NCBI GenBank assembly: GCA_033764955.1
Contig: JANRIL010000008.1
Span: forward strand, 1 to 19,103
DNA: 19,103 nt
Source: Cyanobacteriota bacterium
Lineage (GTDB): Bacteria; Cyanobacteriota; Cyanobacteriia; Thermostichales; Thermostichaceae
Direction of reading: 5' to 3'
The position numbers and the translations under genes were made by a program. Below the pieces are notes generated by a model that did not search any database, was not told the origin of the DNA, and worked only from the letters and a program-made list of their open reading frames with translations. Positions 8,331 through 16,897 of the stretch are shown one piece after another; positions within the stretch are counted from its first letter, which is position 1; every line of letters starts with the position of its first letter.

Positions 8331-10952
8331 ATGCCGCCTATCAACCTGGATCCGATCCTCAGCAGCGATATCCAAAAGCCTGCCCGCTACTTGGGCAACG
8401 AGTTTGGGGCAGCTCGTCGTCCTTGGTCGTCGGCACGGGTGCGCTGGGTGCTCAGCTATCCCGAACTGTACGAGGTGGGAGCCTCCAACCTAGGGCACAT
8501 CATTCTCTACAACATCTTGAATGGGCATCTGCACCAGTTGTGCGATCGCGTCTATCTGCCGGGATCCGATCTGGCGGCTCTGCTGCGCCAACAGGGGATC
8601 CCTCTCTTTGCCGTGGAATCCCGCCGTCCGCTGCGGGAGTTTGATGTAGTGGGGTTTAGTCTGGCCTACGAATTGGCGGGCACAAACGTTCTGGAAATGC
8701 TGGATTTGGCCGGGATCCCCCTCACCTGGGCTGAACGGCAGCATCTTCCCCTGGCGGAATGTCCGTTGATCTTTGCCGGAGGGCCAACCGCCACCTCCAA
8801 TCCTGAACCCTTTGCCGACTTTTTTGATTTTTTTGCCTTGGGGGATGGCGAAGAGGCATTACCGGAAATAGGGCAAGTGATCGCTGATGCCAAAACGGAC
8901 GATCAGCCCCCATCCAGGGTCACCCTCCTGCAAAAACTGGCGCAAGTGCCAGGGGTCTATGTCCCGCAGTTTTATCAGGGGATCCCGCCGCGCCCCCAAA
9001 TCGAGGGGATCCCAGAGCGGATCCTACGGCGGGTGGCGCAACCGCAGCCGGAATATGCCGTGGGCTTGGTTCCCTATGTGCAGACGGTGCATGATCGGCT
9101 GGTTATGGAGGTGCGGCGGGGCTGCACCCGTGGCTGTCGCTTTTGTCAACCGGGCATGTTGACCCGTCCGGCACGGGATGTGGATCCCGAACACCTAGTG
9201 GGGACAGTCCTCTCCGGCCTGCAACAGACGGGCTATGACGAGTTTTCCTTGTCCTCCCTCAGTTGCTCCGACTATCTGGCTCTGCCCACGGTGGGAGCGG
9301 CTTTGCAGGAACATCTCCAGGGATCCCATACCGCCCTCTCCCTGCCCAGCCAACGGGTGGATCGCTTTGATGAGCAAATTGCCCAGATCATGGGGGGATC
9401 CCGTCGCCCCAGCCTCACCTTTGCCCCCGAAGCAGGCACGCAGCGGCTGCGAGATATTATCAACAAGGGCTTAACAGATGCCGAAATGCTGCGGGGCATC
9501 ACGACAGCGGTGCAGCAGGGCTGGGACAAAATCAAGCTCTACTTTATGATCGGCCTGCCCGGAGAAACCGATGCCGATGTGGTGGGGATTGCCGAAACTA
9601 TGCAGCGTTTGCAACAGGCTTGCATCGGGCGGGGCTATCGGCGCATTGCCTTTACCTTGACCATCTCCAATTTCACCCCAAAACCCCACACCCCCTTCCA
9701 ATGGCATCGGGTGGACTATCTCGATATTCAACGCAAACAGGCGCTGCTCAAAAAAGCCCTCCGCTCTGTGCGGGGGGTGAAAGCCAACTACACCGACATC
9801 CGCTTCTCCATTTTGGAGGATCTGATCGGCAAAGGCGATCGCTCCCTCAGCTCCATGATCCAACGGGCTTGGCAAGCCGGAGCCGGTATGGATGGCTGGT
9901 TTGAAAATATCGATGCTGCCTACAAAGCCTGGCTAACCGCCTACCAGGCAACCATCCCCTCAGCGATGGGGGATCCCCATCTGCCCATCCACACCTTTGC
10001 CCTCACCGATCCGCTGCCCTGGGATCACATCGATACCGGCATCGACAAAGCCTGGTTACAAAAAGACTATCAGCGCGCGCTGGAAGCCATGACCGTGCCG
10101 GATTGCTCCTTTCATGGCTGTTCAGCCTGTGGCATCTGCGGGCCTGATTTTGGCCATAACCTTGTCCTCCCCACCCCCCCCGCCCTGGGTCGTGTGCCTC
10201 TGTCTCCCGTAGCTCCTTCCTCCCCCCTACAACGGTTCCGCCTGATCTTCCGCAAAATTGGCGATCTGCGCTGGATTGGCCATCTGGATCTGATGCGCCT
10301 CTGGGAACGCATCTGCCGCCGCGCCCAACTACCCCTTGCTTTTACGGGCGGATTTCGCCCCACCCCACGGATTGTCATTGCCCACGCCCTACCGATTGGG
10401 CAAACCAGTCAAGCCGAAATTGTGGATATCGAACTGTTGAGTCCGGCCAGTCCCATATCGCCTGAGATGTTGATTGAGCAACTGCGCCCACAACTGCCGA
10501 TCGGGTTAGAGATCGTCAGCGCCCAAGGGATCCCCCTGACTGCCCCCGCCGCCGCTCAACTGCTGCTGGCTGCCGAATACCGTTTGAGTCTGCAATTGAC
10601 CCCGCCCTTAGGGCAGGCTGATACGTCCCCCCATCTCCCCCGCCAGTGGCAAACCTGCATTGATCGGATACTGGCCGCCGACCACCTCTGGATTCAAAAA
10701 GTGTCTAAGTCCGGTCACTCCTACCCCCTAGACGTGCGTAGGCTCCTCTATCAACTGCGCTTGGCATCCTGGACAGATGATCAGGTGGACGTGATTTATG
10801 TGGGCAGTTGTCGGAATGATGGCTATTTCTTACAACCCAAGCAAGTGGTCAGTCTACTAGCACAGGATCTGCCAATGGGCAGTCAGTTACACCTGCTCCA
10901 TATCGAACGCTTGCGCTTGATTTTGCAGCCGGATCCCGAACAGGAGGAGTAG
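8331..10952 (+). CDS. TIGR03960-type radical SAM protein fused to a TIGR03936/DUF2344-type C-terminal domain
   Basis: N-terminal KPARYLGNE...YPELYEVGASNLG; radical SAM CxxxCxxC (RGCTRGCRFCQ); TFAPEAGTQRLR; KLYFMIGLPGETD; FTPKPHTPFQW; an extra Cys cluster CSFHGCSACGIC; then F-x-K-x-G-x-L-RWIGHLDLMR...FTGGFRPTPR, typical of the linked domain. The start is placed at ATG 8331 (the ORF is open from 8268). Confidence 0.88.
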   Translation: MPPINLDPILSSDIQKPARYLGNEFGAARRPWSSARVRWVLSYPELYEVGASNLGHIILYNILNGHLHQLCDRVYLPGSDLAALLRQQGIPLFAVESRRPLREFDVVGFSLAYELAGTNVLEMLDLAGIPLTWAERQHLPLAECPLIFAGGPTATSNPEPFADFFDFFALGDGEEALPEIGQVIADAKTDDQPPSRVTLLQKLAQVPGVYVPQFYQGIPPRPQIEGIPERILRRVAQPQPEYAVGLVPYVQTVHDRLVMEVRRGCTRGCRFCQPGMLTRPARDVDPEHLVGTVLSGLQQTGYDEFSLSSLSCSDYLALPTVGAALQEHLQGSHTALSLPSQRVDRFDEQIAQIMGGSRRPSLTFAPEAGTQRLRDIINKGLTDAEMLRGITTAVQQGWDKIKLYFMIGLPGETDADVVGIAETMQRLQQACIGRGYRRIAFTLTISNFTPKPHTPFQWHRVDYLDIQRKQALLKKALRSVRGVKANYTDIRFSILEDLIGKGDRSLSSMIQRAWQAGAGMDGWFENIDAAYKAWLTAYQATIPSAMGDPHLPIHTFALTDPLPWDHIDTGIDKAWLQKDYQRALEAMTVPDCSFHGCSACGICGPDFGHNLVLPTPPALGRVPLSPVAPSSPLQRFRLIFRKIGDLRWIGHLDLMRLWERICRRAQLPLAFTGGFRPTPRIVIAHALPIGQTSQAEIVDIELLSPASPISPEMLIEQLRPQLPIGLEIVSAQGIPLTAPAAAQLLLAAEYRLSLQLTPPLGQADTSPHLPRQWQTCIDRILAADHLWIQKVSKSGHSYPLDVRRLLYQLRLASWTDDQVDVIYVGSCRNDGYFLQPKQVVSLLAQDLPMGSQLHLLHIERLRLILQPDPEQEE

Positions 10953-11732
10953 CGAGAGAAAAGTGGCTGAGCAAAATCTTGTACAAAAGTGACTAGCCAG
11001 GGATATAATTTCTGCATCACTTGGATGTTGGATCAATAAACTCTTTCTAGAAATTTTTAAGTATTTTTTTAGAAAGCCTTGAACCACGATCTCAAGCACC
11101 AACCTTTCCTGCTATTGCTATCGCATCTATTTCACAGCTTCTTGTCTGTGGTGTTAGGAGAGGTTGTTTGACTCCTCCCCAGTCTGGGTAACGTTGAGGC
11201 ATCAGTCATCAAGAGCATCCCACCGGATCCCTCAGCATGACTCTGTAGATATCGGGATCATGGCCTAAGCAGACCTTTCCGAAAAGATGAAATGGCTGCC
11301 TCTCGGTTCTCCTGAACCTACCTAATTGCCTCATCCACCTTCTAGGGGTGGCTCGGGCTAGCTGTAGATGGCTAGCTTCCATTGCCACAGAATCATATCA
11401 GCAGCATCCAGTTCCCTCCTAGTCCTCACCCTCTGAGGTCTGACCTCCCTCTTTCTTTAGGAAATGCCAAGACTATCCTTCCCTATCTCCTTATCGCTGA
11501 AAACAGCCGGGGTGGGTTTGTGATCGGTTCTCGTCAAGAGGCTGTGAACCCCCACAACTTCCCCCCATCCTCCCAAGGAGGTAGCTTGGGTTGGCGAGCG
11601 TTCGGCTTTTTTCCTCCGTACCCTGATTTACCCTCAGCGAGGGTGACACTTCATGACACCATCCCGATTGTTAGCCCAGAGTTTGAACTCCCGTGTGATC
11701 TCCTACCATAGCCCCACCAGAGAGGAATAAGG
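10953..11732 (+). promoter_or_regulatory. Long structured 5' leader/promoter region of the rne-rnhB operon
   Basis: 780 bp with no credible CDS. It has TATAAT at 11004-11009, many hairpins (e.g. 11628-11646 TTACCCTC-agc-GAGGGTGA), and an AGGA-rich RBS just before ATG 11733. Long rne 5' UTRs are known in cyanobacteria and E. coli. Confidence 0.6.
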
Positions 11733-13874
11733 ATGTCCAGGCAAATTATTATTGCGGAACAGCACCGCATCGCCGCTGTTTTTGCAGAAGATCAGATTCA
11801 AGAACTGATTGTGGCGAGCGGCAATCACCAGGTGGGGGATGTCTATTTGGGGGTGGTCGAAAATGTTTTGCCCAGTATTGATGCGGCTTTTGTCAATATT
11901 GGCAATACCGAGCGCAACGGTTTTATTCATGTTACGGATTTGGGCCCTCTGCGTCTGAGGCGGAGTAGCGCTTCCATTACGGAGTTGGTTACCCCCCAGC
12001 AAAAAGTGTTGGTGCAGGTGATGAAGGAGCCAACCGGCAACAAAGGCCCCCGCCTGACGGGCAACCTTTCCTTTCCGGGTCGTTATCTGGTGCTGATGCC
12101 CTATGGTAAAGGGGTGCATCTGTCACGGCGGATCGAAGACCGCGAAGAACGCAATCGCCTCAAGTCACTGGCGATTTTGATCAAGCCTGCTCAAATGGGG
12201 TTGTTAGTTCGAACCGAAGCAGAAGATGTGCCGGAAGAGGCGATGATTGAGGATCTGGAACAGCTCAAAAAACAATGGGAATATATTTTGCAGCAACAAA
12301 GTAATGCCCGTGGTCCTGGTTTACTCAATCGAGATGAGGATTTTGTTCAAAGAGTCTTACGGGATGTCTATTCCGCAGATGTGAACCGGATTGTCACGGA
12401 TTCTCCTCTTGGCTTAAAACGGGTGCGCCAGTATTTGCAGAGCTGGAATAAGGGTCAGATGCCGGCGGGAGTGTTTGTGGATGCCCACCGCGAACCCACC
12501 CCCATTTTGGAGTATTTCCGCATCAATGCCGTGATTCGTCAGGCGTTACGCCCACGGGTAGACTTACCCTCCGGTGGCTATATCATTATTGAACCCACAG
12601 AGGCATTGACCGTTATTGATGTGAACTCCGGCTCCTTTACCCAGTCGGCAACCTCCCGCGAAACGGTGCTGTGGACGAATTGTGAAGCAGCCACCGAAAT
12701 TGCCCGTCAACTGCGTTTGCGGAATATCGCTGGTGTCATCGTGGTGGATTTTATTGATATGGATTCTCGCCGCGATCAGCTCCAGGCTTTGGAGCATTTC
12801 AACAAAGCTCTCCATAATGACAAAGCCCGTCCGCAGGTGGCGCAACTGTCGGAACTAGGGTTGGTGGAACTGACCCGTAAGCGGCAGGGACAAAGCCTCT
12901 ACGAAATTTTTGGGCGACCCTGCCCCACTTGTGAGGGTTTAGGCTTGCTGGCTCACTTACCGGGATCCCATCCGGATGCTGTGGGTATCGCCCTGGAGTC
13001 CGGTCGAACGGCTGTTTTGAGTGGGGAGACCGATCCCTTGGCAGACAGCGAGACAGGATCCTTTCCACGGGAGCGCAATGGTGGCAGTCGCAGTCAACCC
13101 CGTGGCAAAGGACTCCGCCCCAGTTCCGAGATAGGACGGCGGGGGCGCAGCCTGCCTCGGCGGGGAGAAGTTCCTCCCGCTGCTTTTGGGGATAGTCTAC
13201 CCTTTCTTCCCTCTGGTATTGACCCCGCCGATCTGCTGGAAGATACCCCGGAACCCATCTGGGATCCCTTAGCTGCCGAAGCCCCCCCCTCCGAGGGATC
13301 CCGTGACAAATTGATTGTGCGAAATCGGGAGGAGGGACGAGGTCGCCCGACCCCCAGTGAGCGGGGACGCCTAGGGGGGGGGATCAACCGTGGGCGAGGG
13401 CGTGAGGGAGTGGGGGATCCCGTTCTGGCGGAGGCTAGTGCCGGTTTAGAACTCCGCCCCCGTGAATCCCAGCGCCGCCTCTTGACGATACCGATGACCC
13501 CCTTACAGCAAAAGGTTTATGCCGAAATGGGGCTATCTCCCCTTCTTTTGGTCAAGCCTAGCGTGGCTCCTAGCCGTGATCTGGTGGTTCAGGTAGTTTT
13601 GCCCAATGGAGAAGACACCCCTGCCTCTCTCTCCCCGGCGATAGAACTAGACCGTCTCCCCCCCGAACTGCCTCTGTCTCCCCCCGAAGATAGGGATGAT
13701 TTTGAAGATGTTCCACCGATGCGGATCCCTGAGGTGAGCCTAGCTGAGGAATCTGTCGGGGATCCTCTGCCCGGTGAGGTGGTGGCTCCTCCGGCTCCCC
13801 CCGAGGGGATCCTTCCCCCAGAACAGCAGTCTCCGGCTGCCTCGCGGCGACGGCGTTCCCGTAGCAAAGGCTAG
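11733..13874 (+). CDS. rne: Ribonuclease E (Rne/Rng family)
   Basis: S1 domain (VGDVYLGVVENVLPSIDAAFVNIG...GFIHV), KEPTGNKGPRLT, catalytic TVIDVNSG and VDFIDM, Zn-link CPTCEG, and a Pro/Arg-rich disordered C-terminus ending in the cyanobacterial poly-Arg motif SRRRRSRS. Confidence 0.97.
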   Translation: MSRQIIIAEQHRIAAVFAEDQIQELIVASGNHQVGDVYLGVVENVLPSIDAAFVNIGNTERNGFIHVTDLGPLRLRRSSASITELVTPQQKVLVQVMKEPTGNKGPRLTGNLSFPGRYLVLMPYGKGVHLSRRIEDREERNRLKSLAILIKPAQMGLLVRTEAEDVPEEAMIEDLEQLKKQWEYILQQQSNARGPGLLNRDEDFVQRVLRDVYSADVNRIVTDSPLGLKRVRQYLQSWNKGQMPAGVFVDAHREPTPILEYFRINAVIRQALRPRVDLPSGGYIIIEPTEALTVIDVNSGSFTQSATSRETVLWTNCEAATEIARQLRLRNIAGVIVVDFIDMDSRRDQLQALEHFNKALHNDKARPQVAQLSELGLVELTRKRQGQSLYEIFGRPCPTCEGLGLLAHLPGSHPDAVGIALESGRTAVLSGETDPLADSETGSFPRERNGGSRSQPRGKGLRPSSEIGRRGRSLPRRGEVPPAAFGDSLPFLPSGIDPADLLEDTPEPIWDPLAAEAPPSEGSRDKLIVRNREEGRGRPTPSERGRLGGGINRGRGREGVGDPVLAEASAGLELRPRESQRRLLTIPMTPLQQKVYAEMGLSPLLLVKPSVAPSRDLVVQVVLPNGEDTPASLSPAIELDRLPPELPLSPPEDRDDFEDVPPMRIPEVSLAEESVGDPLPGEVVAPPAPPEGILPPEQQSPAASRRRRSRSKG

Positions 13875-13894
13875 GTGGCTGAGGGTATTACGAG

Positions 13895-14527
13895 ATGGCT
13901 AAATCCTCGCCATTTCCCACTTTAGACAGAGAACATGTCCTCTGGTCACAGGGGATCCAGCGCCTCGCCGCTCTGGATGAAGTGGGACGGGGGGCTTGGG
14001 CGGGCTGTGTAGCGGTGGCAGCTCTACTTTTTGCCCCCGATCTCGATCCGGAACAGTTGCGGGGAGTGCATGACTCCAAGCAACTCACCCGACGGCAAAG
14101 GGAGCAACTCCTTCCAGCAATTCAAGCCTGTGTGGTGAGATTCGCCCTCGGCACAGCCACCCCCCAAGAAATTGATCGCCTGAATATTCGGCGGGCGACA
14201 GCGTTAGCTATGCAGCGTGCCTTGCGCCAACTGGGGGAGGTTGACCATGTATTACTGGACGGCCTGCCCATGCCGGAATTGACCATTCCCCAGACGGCAG
14301 TGGTGAAGGGAGATGCCCAATGCTTATCGATAGCGGCTGCTTCTGTTGTGGCGAAAGTCAACCGGGATGCTTGGATGCGCTGTTTGGATCGGCGCTATCC
14401 CGGTTATGGGTGGAGCACCAATGTTGGCTATGGCACAGCCGAACACCGCCGTGCCTTACAAGAATTGGGTCTGACTCGCCATCATCGCCGTCGTTTTGTT
14501 CCCTTGGCAGATCTGGGGTTGGCTTGA
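13895..14527 (+). CDS. rnhB: Ribonuclease HII
   Basis: Motifs DEVGRG, DSKQL, EIDRLNI, LLDG, VKGD...SIAAASVVAKV-RD and YPGYGW..NVGYGT. It lies directly after rne, as is usual in cyanobacteria. Confidence 0.96.
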   Translation: MAKSSPFPTLDREHVLWSQGIQRLAALDEVGRGAWAGCVAVAALLFAPDLDPEQLRGVHDSKQLTRRQREQLLPAIQACVVRFALGTATPQEIDRLNIRRATALAMQRALRQLGEVDHVLLDGLPMPELTIPQTAVVKGDAQCLSIAAASVVAKVNRDAWMRCLDRRYPGYGWSTNVGYGTAEHRRALQELGLTRHHRRRFVPLADLGLA

Positions 14528-14594
14528 TAGACTAAGTTCTGGTTTCTACATGAAACCTCTATTTTAGAGTCCAAACTCAGGCTCGCCTGAATCA

Positions 14595-14668
14595 GCCCTC
14601 GTAGCTCAGTGGACTAGAGCACTTGGTTCCGGTCCAAGGTGTCGGAGGTTCGAATCCTTTCGAGGGCG
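14595..14668 (+). tRNA. trnR: tRNA-Arg (anticodon CCG)
   Basis: Acceptor GCCCTCG/CGAGGGC with discriminator G; D arm GCTC-AGTGGACTA-GAGC; anticodon arm CTTGG-TT CCG GT-CCAAG (CCG at 14629-14631); T arm GGAGG-TTCGAAT-CCTTT. CCA is not encoded. Confidence 0.96.
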
Positions 14669-14906
14669 CTACATTTTTTATGACACACACTCTTGCGTGG
14701 CCTAGGTGGGAAGGCTTTTGATCCGTTGGTTGGTCGATGAGGTGATGTATAGAGCTAGTGTGTCTGAATTTTAAGCTTAGTTCTTTGAAACCGATAAATG
14801 GGAGCAATCTGGAGATGGCTTTCTGACTTTCAAGATGAATGGTTTTAAGATTGTTGGTAAGAAAATCGAGTTAAGTCTCAGCAAACATTGAAATTGATTG
14901 AGAGCT

Positions 14907-15305
14907 ATGCGCGTATATCTAACCCATTGCTCCAAAGAAAAGGAACCTAATCTTAAAGGAACTGATATTGCCGTCACCCCGGATAAACTGTACACAAATT
15001 CTGGCATTCGGCAATTTATGGAGCGGTGTCAAGAAAAGAATGTAAGTTGGGCGGTTCTATCGGATCAGTATGGGGTTTATTTCTCAAATGAGTGTCACGT
15101 CTGGTACGAAAAACATCCTGATACTGTCACCCCACAGGAGGAAGAACTCGTCATTGAAGACTTCAATAACAAGTTAAATTCATATGATGAGATCTACTTT
15201 TTTGTCAGATCAGAATCCTTTCACCCTTTCTACGGGAGGGTTTTGCAAAAGACTGTGCTTGCAGGCAAAGTAAAAACTTTCGAGAGTATTGAGTGCATTG
15301 AATAA
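14907..15305 (+). CDS. Hypothetical protein, DUF6884-like small alpha/beta protein in an AT-rich islet
   Basis: 132 aa from ATG 14907. The pattern THCSKEK...TPDKLYT...F...[10 protein letters not shown]...WYE resembles the C-x-K-x-K...LY...W-x-ILSAxYG signature of DUF6884/YaaA-like proteins. The family call is by eye only. Confidence 0.6.
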   Translation: MRVYLTHCSKEKEPNLKGTDIAVTPDKLYTNSGIRQFMERCQEKNVSWAVLSDQYGVYFSNECHVWYEKHPDTVTPQEEELVIEDFNNKLNSYDEIYFFVRSESFHPFYGRVLQKTVLAGKVKTFESIECIE

Positions 15306-15451
15306 GATTAAAGAGAAGTGGGTTGAGCGGCATAACAACCTGGCTGGAGCGGACTGTTGAAAGCTCTTGGGAGTTCTCGCGCCGTCCCTTATGTAGGGTC
15401 ACCCCATCCTGGGTTAGGATTGAAAGCCATGCTGCGTTGCCAGGGATCCCT

Positions 15452-16897
15452 ATGTCTGTGATTCGTGCCCTCCACCGTCAACTGATTAGCAAAGAACGCT
15501 CTGCGGTTGAAATCACCCAAGACTATCTGGATCGCATTCAGCAGCTAGAACCCCGCCTGCACAGCTTTATTACGGTCACGCCTGAAATAGCCCTCCAACA
15601 AGCTGTCGCCGTGGATGCCAAAATTGCCGCAGGAGAACCGATTGGGCCGTTGGCAGGCATCCCGATTGCCCTGAAGGATAACCTCTGTACCCAAGGGATC
15701 CCGACCACCTGTGCCTCCAAAATTTTGCAAGGGTTTAAGCCCCCCTACGAGTCTACGGTGACAGCAAAACTGGCGGCGGCTGGCATGATCACGGTGGGCA
15801 AGACCAACTTAGATGAATTTGCCATGGGCAGTTCCACCGAGAACTCAGCCTTTCAGGTGACGGCTAACCCCTGGAATTTGGCGACTGTGCCGGGGGGATC
15901 CTCCGGGGGATCGGCGGCGGCGGTGGCTGCCGATCAAGCCGTGGTGGCGCTGGGATCCGATACGGGGGGGTCGATTCGTCAGCCTGCTGCTTTTTGTGGG
16001 GTGGTGGGGATGAAGCCCACCTATGGGCTGGTCTCCCGCTATGGCTTGGTGGCTTTTGCCTCCTCCCTCGACCAGATCGGCCCATTTGCCCGCACGGTTG
16101 AGGATGTGGCGTTATTGCTGCAAGCCATTGCCGGCCATGATCCGAAAGATTCCACCAGCTTGTCTGTGGATATTCCCGATTATGCGGCGGCCTTAAATGG
16201 GGATATCAAAGGCTTACGGGTGGGTGTAATTAAAGATCTACTGGGGGAAGGTTGCGGCAACGAGGTGAAAATGACCGTTGAGACGGCTATCCAGCAATAC
16301 GAATCATTAGGGGCAGAGATTGTGGAAGTGGCCTGCCCCAGTTTTCGCTATGGATTAGCTACCTACTACATCATTGCCCCCTCCGAGGCGTCCGCTAACC
16401 TGGCTCGCTACGATGGCGTGAAGTATGGTCTGCGGGAACCAGCCGACTCTCTCCTGCCCATGTATGCCAAGACCCGCGATCACGGATTTGGGGCTGAGGT
16501 GAAACGGCGCATCATGATCGGCACCTACGCCCTCTCGGCGGGCTACTACGATGCCTATTATTTGAAAGCTCAAAAAGTCCGCACTCTGATCAAACAAGAC
16601 TTTCAGGCGGCTTTTGCCAAAGCCGATGTTTTGATCAGCCCGACCACCCCCACCACGGCCTTCCTTGCCGGAGAAAAAGGGGATCCCCTCAGTATGTACC
16701 TCTGCGATCTGATGACGATTCCCGTTAACTTAGCCGGACTGCCAGGGTTGAGCCTGCCCTGTGGATTTGTCAATGATCTGCCCGTTGGGTTACAGATTGT
16801 TGGCAATGTCTTGAGCGAACGCCAAGTCTTGCAGGCAGCCTATGCCTATGAGCAAGCGACCTCGTGGCATCAACAGCGTCCTTCCCTCCCGCTATGA
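15452..16897 (+). CDS. gatA: Asp-tRNA(Asn)/Glu-tRNA(Gln) amidotransferase subunit A
   Basis: Amidase signature [51 protein letters not shown]; also [12 protein letters not shown] and [22 protein letters not shown]. The start is placed at ATG 15452 (MSVIRALH). Confidence 0.97.
   Translation: MSVIRALHRQLISKERSAVEITQDYLDRIQQLEPRLHSFITVTPEIALQQAVAVDAKIAAGEPIGPLAGIPIALKDNLCTQGIPTTCASKILQGFKPPYESTVTAKLAAAGMITVGKTNLDEFAMGSSTENSAFQVTANPWNLATVPGGSSGGSAAAVAADQAVVALGSDTGGSIRQPAAFCGVVGMKPTYGLVSRYGLVAFASSLDQIGPFARTVEDVALLLQAIAGHDPKDSTSLSVDIPDYAAALNGDIKGLRVGVIKDLLGEGCGNEVKMTVETAIQQYESLGAEIVEVACPSFRYGLATYYIIAPSEASANLARYDGVKYGLREPADSLLPMYAKTRDHGFGAEVKRRIMIGTYALSAGYYDAYYLKAQKVRTLIKQDFQAAFAKADVLISPTTPTTAFLAGEKGDPLSMYLCDLMTIPVNLAGLPGLSLPCGFVNDLPVGLQIVGNVLSERQVLQAAYAYEQATSWHQQRPSLPL

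Noticed and set aside
11382..11711. 109-aa ORF in the rne leader
   Set aside because: It has a TTG start without an RBS and a low-complexity Pro/Ser-rich product. The region is better explained as structured UTR.
14669..15450. attR-type direct repeat of the tRNA-Arg 3' end or an integrase gene
   Set aside because: I found no copy of TTCGAATCC...GAGGGCG and no integrase-like frame downstream, so an intact integrative element is not supported.
15323..15451. 43-codon N-terminal extension of GatA in the ORF track
   Set aside because: GatA homology begins at MSVIRALH (ATG 15452). The extension runs through islet-boundary and promoter-like sequence.
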